NCBI GenBank assembly: GCA_964572275.1
Contig: CAZNED010000002.1
Coordinates: 12,582 to 76,581 of the forward strand
DNA length: 64,000 nt
Origin: an uncultured Candidatus Saccharibacteria bacterium
Lineage (GTDB): Bacteria; Patescibacteriota; Minisyncoccia; Minisyncoccales; UBA1441
Direction of reading: 5' to 3'
Both the position numbers and the translations under genes were made by a program. The first letter of the stretch is position 1; each line of letters starts with the position of its first letter. Positions 48,360 through 57,674 of the stretch are shown here, one piece after another. Below the pieces are notes generated by a model, which was not told where the DNA came from, ran no database searches, and saw nothing but the letters and a program-made list of their open reading frames with translations.

Positions 48360-50363
48360 ATGGCTGAAGAAACGCCCCTAGATAAAACATCTCTTACAAA
48401 TTTTTCTTGGAAATCATTTTGGCAACGATGCTGCTATCAAGAAAAAGCCGCTTTTTGTTTTTTTATTATTGCCGGAGTGATCGCCGGATTGCAGTTGATC
48501 ACTTATTACCACAAAGATCGCATCGAGATAATGCCTGCTTTTGGCGGAAGCTACCGTGAAGGAATTGTCGGCCAACCAAGATTTTTAAATCCTCTTTATG
48601 CTCCTGCCAATAATCCCGATCAAGATATTGTAGAACTAGTCTTCTCGGGATTAATGAAATATGATGCCGAGGGTAATCTTGTTCCGGATTTAGCTGAAAA
48701 CTATGAAATTAGTGAAGATGGAAGAACTTATCTTTTTACTTTGAGAGAAAACCTCTTTTGGCACGATCGTGAACCATTAACCACCGATGATATCATCTTT
48801 ACTATCCACACCATCCAGAATCCTGATTATAAAAGCCCTCTTAGAGCTGGATGGCTGGGCGTCGAATTGGAAAAGATTTCTGACCGAGAATTAAGAATCA
48901 GCTTGGAAACACCTTATGCTAGTTTCTTGGAAACAGCAACTACTAAAATAATACCTCGCCATATCTGGAAAGAAACTCCTGCCTTGACTTTTCCTTTAGC
49001 CGTATCTTCGACTCTATCATTCATCGGCTCTGGCCCTTATCGATTTCAAAGTTTAAATCTAGATAGCCAGAAACGAGTGCAATCCATGGATTTAGAGTTC
49101 TTTGAACAATACTATTTGATTGACCGGCCTTACATTGCTAAGATTTCTTTTAAATTTTATGAAAACGAAGAAGCTCTTTTAAAAGGGGCTCAGCATGGTG
49201 AAATAGATGGATTTAGTTTATCGGATTCAAATGGAGTCGAATTGCCGTTTTTAAATTTTGCCGCCCAGAGATTGAGCATGCCTCGATACTTTTCAATCTT
49301 CTTTAATCCCGAAAAATCACAGTTATTTGCAACTAGTGCCATTAGGAAAGCATTAAATTACGGAATCGATCGCGAAAGATTGATTCAACAGATTGCCCCC
49401 GACCGAAGTCAGGCAATTAATTCTCCAATCCTCCCGAATTTCTATGGATTTTCCGCGCTGGAAAAACCATATGATTATAATCCAGAGAAATCTATTGAAA
49501 TATTAGAAGGATTAGGATATCTTCTTGATGAAGAGAATTCCGAATATAGACAAAAAGCTCCCAATATCCAATCTGAAGTTTTCAAATCAGATCTAAAAAG
49601 CGGAAGCCAAGGAATTGAAGTGCGCTCTCTGCAAGAATGCTTAGCAAAATTCCCGGAAATTTACCCAGAGGGAGAAATAACTGGCTATTTCGGGGCGAAA
49701 ACTAAAGAAGCCGTTATTCTGTTCCAAGAGAAATATTCCGAAGAAATCCTAGATCCTTGGGGTTTTACAAGTGGGACAGGATTGGTAAGTCGAACTACCC
49801 GCAATAAGCTAAATCAAATTTGTTTTGATACAGAAAAAAGCTCCGATGTGCTTGAATTCAAGCTAACCACTATTGAACAGCCCCATCTTATTCGTCTGGC
49901 TCAAGCATTGAAAGAGCAATTGCGCGAAATTGGTGTTAAGGTTACTATTGAATATTGGTCTGCTGCAGAATTAGAAAATGAAGTGATTAACTCAAGAAAT
50001 TACGAAGCCCTTTTGCTTGGTCAAGTTTTAGGTAGTATTCCCGATCCTCTCCCCTTCTGGCACTCTTCACGAAAAAGAGAACCCGGAGTAAATCTGGCTT
50101 TGTATGAAAATGAAGAAGCTGATGAGTTCTTAGAGCAAGCTCGGGCAACTCTTGATCCCGAAGAACGTCAAATATTATTGGAGAAATTTCAAAATCTGAT
50201 AAATGATGATTGCCCCGCAATATTCCTCTATCAATTAGATTATGTTCATTTCATATCTAAAGATATCCAAGGATATGAGATTAACAAAATAGTTACCCCG
50301 GCCAAAAGATTCTCAACCGTCGTTGATTGGTACTTACGTACTCGAAGAACTTGGAGCAATTAA
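48360..50363 (+). CDS. Family 5 (OppA-like) substrate-binding protein with inserted peptidoglycan-binding domain
   Basis: GGSYREG, LNP, VFSGL, PDLAE, GSGPY, plus an internal VRSLQ..L...TGYFG..TKEAV.LFQ domain. Confidence 0.85.
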   Translation: MAEETPLDKTSLTNFSWKSFWQRCCYQEKAAFCFFIIAGVIAGLQLITYYHKDRIEIMPAFGGSYREGIVGQPRFLNPLYAPANNPDQDIVELVFSGLMKYDAEGNLVPDLAENYEISEDGRTYLFTLRENLFWHDREPLTTDDIIFTIHTIQNPDYKSPLRAGWLGVELEKISDRELRISLETPYASFLETATTKIIPRHIWKETPALTFPLAVSSTLSFIGSGPYRFQSLNLDSQKRVQSMDLEFFEQYYLIDRPYIAKISFKFYENEEALLKGAQHGEIDGFSLSDSNGVELPFLNFAAQRLSMPRYFSIFFNPEKSQLFATSAIRKALNYGIDRERLIQQIAPDRSQAINSPILPNFYGFSALEKPYDYNPEKSIEILEGLGYLLDEENSEYRQKAPNIQSEVFKSDLKSGSQGIEVRSLQECLAKFPEIYPEGEITGYFGAKTKEAVILFQEKYSEEILDPWGFTSGTGLVSRTTRNKLNQICFDTEKSSDVLEFKLTTIEQPHLIRLAQALKEQLREIGVKVTIEYWSAAELENEVINSRNYEALLLGQVLGSIPDPLPFWHSSRKREPGVNLALYENEEADEFLEQARATLDPEERQILLEKFQNLINDDCPAIFLYQLDYVHFISKDIQGYEINKIVTPAKRFSTVVDWYLRTRRTWSN

Positions 50364-50399
50364 ATACTGTCCATTTTATTCTTATTAAAATTAACCCTC

Positions 50400-50483
50400 G
50401 CCAAGGTGGCGAAATTGGTAGACGCGATAGCTTCAGGAGCTATTGAGCGTAAGCTCATGTGGGTTCAAATCCCGCCCTTGGCA
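50400..50483 (+). tRNA. tRNA-Leu(CAG)
   Basis: GCCAAGGTGGCGAAATTGGTAGACGCG, anticodon loop TTCAGGA, long variable arm. Confidence 0.95.
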
Positions 50484-50565
50484 CAGAAAAATAAATATTG
50501 TTTGCGTTTTACGTCTATGATTAAAAAATTCAAAAGTTTTGGCTCTTTAGCCTTCTAAATTAATT

Positions 50566-52242
50566 ATGATTAAAAAAGATTCAAATATTTCCGTTATCCC
50601 CCTTGGCGGACTGGGAGAAGTGGGGCGCAATATGACCTTGATTGAATATGAGAAAAAAATTCTCATTGTTGATACTGGTGTAGGATTTCCTCAAGAAGAT
50701 ACTCCTGGTATAGATTTTGTCATTCCAGATATTTCTTACCTTAAAAAGAGGAAAGAAGATATCGTGGGAATTGTTTTTACGCATGGACACTATGACCATA
50801 TTGGTGCGCTTCCCTATCTGATAGATGGGATTGGTAAGGTTCCTATTCTAGCCTCTGATTTGACCAGAGAGATTATTTTGCGACGTGAAAAAGAATTTGC
50901 GCATCGGACTAAAGCTGATATAACCACTGTTAAGGCAGGACAAACCGTTTCTCTGTCGCCATTTAAAATAACTTTTGTTCATCAGGTTCATAACATTCCG
51001 GCTAACTTTGGCTTATTCATCGAGACCCCTGGAGGAAATATTTTTCACACTGGTGATTTTAAATTTGACGATAATCCAGTCAATGATCGCCCAGCTGATC
51101 TAAAAGAGTTAGAAAGAATCGGGAAAAAAGGCATTCTTTTGCTTATGTCTGATTCGACTAGTTCAGAGGATCCTGGGCACAGTTTGTCGGAAAAGACGAT
51201 TAGTGAGAATATGGATCAATTGATATTCTCGACTAAACAGAGAATAGTCGTTGCTACTTTCGCTTCTCTTATTAATAGAATTCAGCAAGTTATTACTTCT
51301 TCTGAAAAAAACGGTCGCAAGGTTGCCGTTGTTGGTCGTTCTATGAAAGATAATGTTGAGATAGCCCAGCAGTTAGGATATATCAAAGTCCATCCAGGAA
51401 CATTGATTAAATCGGATCAAGTATCGAAATTACCATCAAATCAAGTCACCATATTATGTACGGGTAGCCAAGCCGAAAGCAAAGCAGCTTTGCTCAGAAT
51501 CGCCAATAATGAAGACCGACATATAAAATTAGACAAGGGTGATGTTATTACGTTCTCATCTTCAGTTATTCCTGGAAATGAAAGGACTGTTCAGGCTCTC
51601 AAAGACCGTTTTTACAGACAGGGATTAGAAGTTGTCCATTACAGCATGATGGATATTCATGCCGGTGGTCATGCTCGACAGGAAGAATTGGCTCAAATGA
51701 TAAATTTAATGAAGCCAAAATATTTTATGCCAATTCATGGATATTGTGCCATGTTAGTTAATCATAAAAAAATTGCCATGGAACAAGGAATTCCCGAAAA
51801 GAATATTGCTATCGCTGAAAATGGACAAGTTATTGAAATTTCTCCGCGACAAATGACTATTGGGCGACGCGTTGTTCCTGCTGGTTACATATTCGTAGAT
51901 GGATTAGGTGTGGGCGATGTCGGCGAAGTTGTTTTAAGAGACAGACAGAATTTAGCCCAAGATGGCATGTTTGTTATTATTGTTACCGTTGACCATCGCA
52001 CTGGAAAAGTTCAGGATTCTCCTGATATTATTTCTCGCGGTTTTATCTATTTGCGACAATCAAAACAATTACTGAAAGAAACTCGACAGAAAGTAACTGA
52101 AATAGTGGATCGTTCAACGCGCGGCCATAAAAAATTTGACGCAAATTATATTAAAGCTAACATTAGAGATGACATTGGAGCTTTTCTTTTTGAAAAAACA
52201 GAAAGGCGCCCCATGGTTCTACCTGTTGTCATTAAAGTATAA
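50566..52242 (+). CDS. rnj: Ribonuclease J
   Basis: PLGGLGEVGRN, THGHYDHIG, HTGDFK, PIHG. Confidence 0.95.
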   Translation: MIKKDSNISVIPLGGLGEVGRNMTLIEYEKKILIVDTGVGFPQEDTPGIDFVIPDISYLKKRKEDIVGIVFTHGHYDHIGALPYLIDGIGKVPILASDLTREIILRREKEFAHRTKADITTVKAGQTVSLSPFKITFVHQVHNIPANFGLFIETPGGNIFHTGDFKFDDNPVNDRPADLKELERIGKKGILLLMSDSTSSEDPGHSLSEKTISENMDQLIFSTKQRIVVATFASLINRIQQVITSSEKNGRKVAVVGRSMKDNVEIAQQLGYIKVHPGTLIKSDQVSKLPSNQVTILCTGSQAESKAALLRIANNEDRHIKLDKGDVITFSSSVIPGNERTVQALKDRFYRQGLEVVHYSMMDIHAGGHARQEELAQMINLMKPKYFMPIHGYCAMLVNHKKIAMEQGIPEKNIAIAENGQVIEISPRQMTIGRRVVPAGYIFVDGLGVGDVGEVVLRDRQNLAQDGMFVIIVTVDHRTGKVQDSPDIISRGFIYLRQSKQLLKETRQKVTEIVDRSTRGHKKFDANYIKANIRDDIGAFLFEKTERRPMVLPVVIKV

Positions 52243-52244
52243 TT

Positions 52245-53228
52245 ATGAGAATTTTTTCAGGAATTCGACCAACCGGCACAATTCATATCGGAAATTATCT
52301 TGGAGCCATTAAAAACTGGCTGTCTTTGCAGGACAATAATGAATGCTTTTTTTGTATTGTAGATTTGCATGCCATTACTACTCCGTTCCAACCAGAACAA
52401 TTGAAAAAAGATATCTTTGATTTGGCTGCTCTTTATCTTGCCCTGGGTCTCGATCCTAAAAAAGTTACACTTTTCATACAATCGCGCATTCCCGAACATT
52501 CAGAATTAGCTTGGCTGCTTGGGACAGTCACTCCTTTAGGAGAGTTATCCCGTATGACACAATACAAGGAAAAATCAGCCTCTCTACCCTCTTCCCAGAT
52601 TAATGCCGGATTACTTTTTTATCCGGTTCTCATGGCTGCCGATATTCTACTTTATCAAACTGAAGCCGTCCCTGTCGGTGAAGATCAAAAACAACACGTT
52701 GAATTATCCCAAGATTTGGCTAGAAAATTTAATAATCGCTTCGGTTCGGTTTTCCATATCCCGAAGGCCATTGTGCCTAAAGATGCAGCCCGAATAAAAT
52801 CATTACGCGATCCATCAAAAAAGATGTCAAAGACCGATGATCCCCAGGGAGCTATTTCTCTCCTAGATTCGCTAAAAACGATTAAAGCTAACATTATGAG
52901 TGCGAAAACTGATTCGGAAACAAAGATTAAGTATGATCCCGAGCGTCACCCAGGCATAGCTAATCTCATTACTATCTATAGTGTCTTAAATAATATAAAT
53001 ATTAATGCTACTGAGAAATTGTTTATTGATAAAAATTATCGAGATTTAAAATTAGCCCTGATTGATTCTCTCGTATTTTTTATTGAACCGATTCAAAAAG
53101 AATATAAAAAATGGATTAATTCTCCTGATAAAATTGAACTTATTTTGGAAAGCGGAGAAGATCGAGCTAAAAAAGTTGCGCAAGAGACCATCCGTCAAGT
53201 CAAACAGAGTATGGGTTTATCCGGTTGA
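52245..53228 (+). CDS. trpS: Tryptophan--tRNA ligase
   Basis: SGIRPTG..HIGNYLG, YPVLMAADIL, VPVGEDQ, KMSK. Confidence 0.96.
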   Translation: MRIFSGIRPTGTIHIGNYLGAIKNWLSLQDNNECFFCIVDLHAITTPFQPEQLKKDIFDLAALYLALGLDPKKVTLFIQSRIPEHSELAWLLGTVTPLGELSRMTQYKEKSASLPSSQINAGLLFYPVLMAADILLYQTEAVPVGEDQKQHVELSQDLARKFNNRFGSVFHIPKAIVPKDAARIKSLRDPSKKMSKTDDPQGAISLLDSLKTIKANIMSAKTDSETKIKYDPERHPGIANLITIYSVLNNININATEKLFIDKNYRDLKLALIDSLVFFIEPIQKEYKKWINSPDKIELILESGEDRAKKVAQETIRQVKQSMGLSG

Positions 53229-53260
53229 CGGACATCCTTAATTGCTATATTATTACCATT

Positions 53261-53689
53261 ATGAATTATCAATTAACCTTTCTTATTTCCCTGAAATTGG
53301 AAGCCGAACCGGCAATTCAATATCAGGAAAAAATAGTTGAACAGCTGAAAAAAATCGGGGCTGAGATTAAAAACATTTCGGAATTAAAAGAACAAATGTT
53401 GGCTTATGAAATTCGTAATGAGAAAAAAGCATGGTTAAGCAACCTATTCTTTTCAATTGATCCAAGCAAGGCTCATGAAATTAAGTCTTTTATTGATCAA
53501 GAATCTAATATTTTAAGATACCTGATTGTACAGCCATCAACTAAAGTGAAAAGTCACCCTCGGCGGGTACCCAAAACTCAAAAAGATAAAATTGCCGAAA
53601 CTTCTGTTCCGCTTGAAGTATCTGCCGACCAACCTAAAAATGCGGAAGCATTAGATCAGAAAATTAATGAAATTTTAAATTGGGAATAA
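53261..53689 (+). CDS. rpsF: 30S ribosomal protein S6
   Basis: Likely start MNYQLTFLI at 53261; LAYEI, ILRYLI. Confidence 0.88.
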   Translation: MNYQLTFLISLKLEAEPAIQYQEKIVEQLKKIGAEIKNISELKEQMLAYEIRNEKKAWLSNLFFSIDPSKAHEIKSFIDQESNILRYLIVQPSTKVKSHPRRVPKTQKDKIAETSVPLEVSADQPKNAEALDQKINEILNWE

Positions 53690-54243
53690 TGGTCACATTT
53701 AATTTCGACAAAAAAGAACAAGAAACCAATCGCGATTTCTCTCTTATCCCAGATGGCATATATGATGCCACTATTGAAGATGTGGAAGAAAGAACATCTC
53801 GTTCAGGAAATCGCTATAAAAGATTAACTTTTCGTCTTTTTGGTGATCGTGCCGAGAAAGAGCATGTTGCCCGCAGAATGATTTGGGACAACCTTGTCCT
53901 ATTAGAACAAGTTGAGTGGAAAATTCAAAACCTTCTTTATGCTTGTGGGTTACCATACGAAGGGACGGTTACTCTTTCTGATAATTGGTCCGAATTGATT
54001 GGCAAGGAACTTAAATTGGGTATAAATATTGGAGAATATCAGGGACAAAGACGTAACGAAGTTAAAAATTACTATACATTTAACACCCAAGTGATTAATT
54101 CTGGCCAATCAGCAAACGAAAATATTCCCATTATTCAAGAAGATAGCCCCAAGAAGAAGGCCTCCAAAAAATCAGAAACTCCGAAAAAAGAAGGTCTTGT
54201 TGATAATGAAGAGGAAATTAATATAGACGATATTCCATTTTAA
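53689..54243 (+). CDS. DUF669-like (phage-type) single-stranded DNA-binding protein with bacterial SSB-type acidic tail
   Basis: FSLIPDG.YDATI..VE...S.SGN, IWDNL, LIGK.L, Y.G..RNEVK, ending EEEINIDDIPF. Lies between rpsF and rpsR. Confidence 0.75.
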   Translation: MVTFNFDKKEQETNRDFSLIPDGIYDATIEDVEERTSRSGNRYKRLTFRLFGDRAEKEHVARRMIWDNLVLLEQVEWKIQNLLYACGLPYEGTVTLSDNWSELIGKELKLGINIGEYQGQRRNEVKNYYTFNTQVINSGQSANENIPIIQEDSPKKKASKKSETPKKEGLVDNEEEINIDDIPF

Positions 54244-54245
54244 TT

Positions 54246-54461
54246 ATGAAAAAGCATTCTTGTTATTTATGTCAAAAAGAAATTCTTGACGTTGATTACA
54301 CCAATACCTCTTTATTGTCTGGTTTTCTGAATAGTCATAATGAGATAAAGAAACATCAGAAAGCTGGACTTTGTGCTCAGCACCAGAGAAAAGTAGCCCG
54401 AGCTATTAAGCGAGCCCGAACTCTCGGTTTACTCCCATATATTTCCGGTCACGGAGAATAA
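54246..54461 (+). CDS. rpsR: 30S ribosomal protein S18, Zn-binding type
   Basis: CYLC...VDY...CAQHQRKVARAIKRAR.LGLLPY. Confidence 0.93.
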   Translation: MKKHSCYLCQKEILDVDYTNTSLLSGFLNSHNEIKKHQKAGLCAQHQRKVARAIKRARTLGLLPYISGHGE

Positions 54462-55469
54462 TTAAATTTGCGCTGCTTTTAATACCTCTTTTTTGATTTC
54501 AGCAGCGATTTTTGGATTTTGATTTAGATATTGTTCTGCATTTTGCATCCCTTGGCCCATCTTCTCTTCTTGATATTTATACCAAGAACCAACCAATTTT
54601 ATAACATCATATTTCAGGCCTGTTGAAATAAGATCAACATTCTTTGAAATGCCTCGACTATAATAAATATCAAATTCGGCACCACGAAATGGCGGAGCAA
54701 CCTTATTCTTTACAATTTTAGCCGCAATGCGACTACCTATTATCTCTTCCCCACTCTTAATAGTTGCTCTGCGTTGAAGGTTAATACGAACTGAACTATA
54801 GAACTTAAGGGCCAATCCTCCTGGCGTTGTTTCTGGTGAACCGAAGCGTATTCCTATCTTCATGCGAGTTTGATTTAGGAATATGACTGAGGTTTTGGTA
54901 TTAGCAATAATAGAAGAAAGCTTTCGACAGGCCTGACTCATTAAACGAGCCTGTAATCCGATCTGTAATTCACCCACTTCCCCTTCTATTTCAGCTCGCG
55001 GAGTTAAAGCAGCTACTGAATCAATAACTATGATATCTATCTCTCGAGAGCGGACTAATCTCTCTACAATTTGGAGCGCCTCTTCTCCCGAATTAGGCTG
55101 AGCAATAATTAATTCTTTAGTATTAACGCCTATCCGACGAGCATAATCAGGATCAAGAGCATGTTCGGCGTCAATAAAAGCCGCTGTACCATTTTGACGC
55201 TGTGCTTCAGCGATAACATGTAATGCTAAAGTAGTTTTTCCTGTCGATTCAGCACCGAAGATCTCTACTACGCGTCCGCGAGGAATCCCTCCAACACCTA
55301 GGGCTAGATCAATAGCTAAGGATCCTGTTGGAATAGCAGCTACATCGCTAGCACGGGTTTCGTCCAATCTCATTATAGAGCCCTCTCCAAACCTTCCTCT
55401 AATTTCTTCTAATACTTTTTGTAGCTGATCTTTCGACCCTATCTCCAATTCTTCTTTCTTCTTAGGCAT
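54462..55469 (-). CDS. recA: Recombinase RecA
   Basis: GAESTGKTT, DAEHALDP, DSVAAL, ETTPGGLALKFYSS. Confidence 0.97.
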   Translation of the reverse strand: MPKKKEELEIGSKDQLQKVLEEIRGRFGEGSIMRLDETRASDVAAIPTGSLAIDLALGVGGIPRGRVVEIFGAESTGKTTLALHVIAEAQRQNGTAAFIDAEHALDPDYARRIGVNTKELIIAQPNSGEEALQIVERLVRSREIDIIVIDSVAALTPRAEIEGEVGELQIGLQARLMSQACRKLSSIIANTKTSVIFLNQTRMKIGIRFGSPETTPGGLALKFYSSVRINLQRRATIKSGEEIIGSRIAAKIVKNKVAPPFRGAEFDIYYSRGISKNVDLISTGLKYDVIKLVGSWYKYQEEKMGQGMQNAEQYLNQNPKIAAEIKKEVLKAAQI

Positions 55470-55483
55470 TTTGTTTATATAGA

Positions 55484-57658
55484 TTAAGTTTGATTGAAAT
55501 TCCCATAAACATCATTCTCTGGTTTATTCATATTATCATTTTCTTCATAATCTGATAATAGAATATCTCGAGGCTTTGATCCCTGTGCTTCGCTGATTAT
55601 GCCCTCAGATTCTAACATATCTAATAACCTAGCGGCTCGAGCATAACCAACTGAAAGACGGCGCTGTAATAATGAAGCTGATGCTTTTCCAGCTTCAACT
55701 ACAATCCTTTTGGCATCTTCAAATAAGGGGTCCTTATCTAATCCATAACCAGGATTGTCATGCAATCGTTCCGCATTTTGGCGCAAAGATGTTTCCAAGG
55801 CCGTCTCGCCTAGCTTGCCTTGATTATTTTTAATAATAAAATTAATGACATTTTCCACTTCTTTTTCAGAGACATAAGCAGCTTGAATTCTTTTAGGCTT
55901 AGAACTGTCTGCCGAAATGAAAAGCATATCGCCTCTTCCAAGCAATTTCTCTGCCCCTGCCATGTCTAAAATCGTTCGAGAGTCAATCTGCGATGGAACC
56001 TGAAATGCTATACGCGTATTAATATTAGCCTTGATAAGACCAGTAATAACTTCGACTGAAGGCCTTTGCGTCGCTACTATCAGATTAATACCAACAGCTC
56101 GTGCTTTTTGAGCCAAGCGAACTATAGTTGCTTCAATTTCCCGACCGCGGGACATCATTAAATCAGCCAATTCATCGACTACAACAACAATATATGGTAA
56201 AGGATCCAGGCTTTTATCCTTTATCCTCAATTGATTATAATCTTGGATATTACGCACTTTATGTTTCAAAATACAACTAAATCTTCGCTCCATCTCTCCA
56301 ACCAACCATTCTAAAGCATTTACAGCCTCTATCGGGTTAGATATAACCGGACAAAGAAGGTGCGGTAAATCGTTATAGCCAGAAAATTCCACTTGTTTCG
56401 GGTCTACCATGATGAAATTAAGTTGCTGAGGACTATTTCGATAGAGCATGCTTAAAATCAAATTATTCAATGCGATTGTTTTGCCTGAACCAGTCGAACC
56501 CGCAACTAATAGATGAGGCATTTTTTCCAAATCAGCGTATGTAGGAGCACCCGTCACATCTCGCCCTAAGCAAAGTTTCAAAGGAATCGGATCATTTTTG
56601 AACTGAGAATCAGCTAATAATTCTCTCAAACGGACCATCACTCTTTCTCTATTGGGGACTTCTATTCCCACCAATGAACGACCCGGAATGGGAGCCTCTA
56701 TCCTTATGGGATGAGCCGCTAAAGCCAAAGAAATATTGCGAGATAAAGAGGTTATTTTTGATAGATTAACAGCCTCTAATGGCCTGAAAGCATATTGTGT
56801 CACTGTCGGACCTACATTTATTTCTACAACTTCCACTGGAACGCCAAAGCTACCCAATGTTTCTTCGATTGTTTTTGAATTGATATTAAGATCACCGGTG
56901 TCCGGACGTCCTTTATCTGGAGCTAATAAATCTACTGGTGGTATCTTATAACCATCGGCAATGCGCTTATCATTCGTTTTAATATTGGAACTAACGGCAG
57001 GTTTACTTTCTTTCTTTTCTTCAACTTTATTATTTATTTCGACTTGCTTCCGGCTCCAGTCTACTTTCGGTGTCACCATAATCTTGGATTTGATTTCTTG
57101 GACAGGAACATTAGCTGTAATCTGTTTTTCACCAGAAAGAATATCTGCTTTTTTCATTCGATAATTCCGCCAAAATGGATAAAAGAAAGTGATCAGCCCA
57201 CCTAATAATAGACCAGAGAAAATGATTAAACTTACCCATAATCCGAATAATCTAAAAACCGGCCAAGCCAAAATATGGCCAATCCATCCTCCATTATGAG
57301 CATATTGACCTAAAAAAGCAGGATCTTCTATTTGATAAATTGAGAATACTGACCACAAACCAGCCGAGCCAACTAAAAATAAAACTATCTCCAAAATAGC
57401 TAGCCATCCGCCGTGAGCCACTTCAATTTTCCAGAGAGATATACCACTGATAATTAAAAATAGTGGCAAGAAAAAAGAAGCATGCCCTAGAATAAGTGAT
57501 AAAAATTTAAGGATAAAAGATCCGCCAATGCCGGCTAGCTCAAAGAATGATAAAATTATAATAACAGCGCCTAACAAGAACAAAACAGCCGCCACCTTCC
57601 TTTTTAATTCCGGAGATAATCGAGGCGGCTTTTCTTGCTGGGTTTTTCTTTTTCCCAT
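55484..57658 (-). CDS. ftsK: DNA translocase FtsK/SpoIIIE
   Basis: N-terminal TM region, PHLLVAGSTGSGK, DELADLM, gamma domain SASLLQRRL.VGYARAARL. Confidence 0.96.
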   Translation of the reverse strand: MGKRKTQQEKPPRLSPELKRKVAAVLFLLGAVIIILSFFELAGIGGSFILKFLSLILGHASFFLPLFLIISGISLWKIEVAHGGWLAILEIVLFLVGSAGLWSVFSIYQIEDPAFLGQYAHNGGWIGHILAWPVFRLFGLWVSLIIFSGLLLGGLITFFYPFWRNYRMKKADILSGEKQITANVPVQEIKSKIMVTPKVDWSRKQVEINNKVEEKKESKPAVSSNIKTNDKRIADGYKIPPVDLLAPDKGRPDTGDLNINSKTIEETLGSFGVPVEVVEINVGPTVTQYAFRPLEAVNLSKITSLSRNISLALAAHPIRIEAPIPGRSLVGIEVPNRERVMVRLRELLADSQFKNDPIPLKLCLGRDVTGAPTYADLEKMPHLLVAGSTGSGKTIALNNLILSMLYRNSPQQLNFIMVDPKQVEFSGYNDLPHLLCPVISNPIEAVNALEWLVGEMERRFSCILKHKVRNIQDYNQLRIKDKSLDPLPYIVVVVDELADLMMSRGREIEATIVRLAQKARAVGINLIVATQRPSVEVITGLIKANINTRIAFQVPSQIDSRTILDMAGAEKLLGRGDMLFISADSSKPKRIQAAYVSEKEVENVINFIIKNNQGKLGETALETSLRQNAERLHDNPGYGLDKDPLFEDAKRIVVEAGKASASLLQRRLSVGYARAARLLDMLESEGIISEAQGSKPRDILLSDYEENDNMNKPENDVYGNFNQT

Positions 57659-57674
57659 ATAAGAAAACCGAGAA

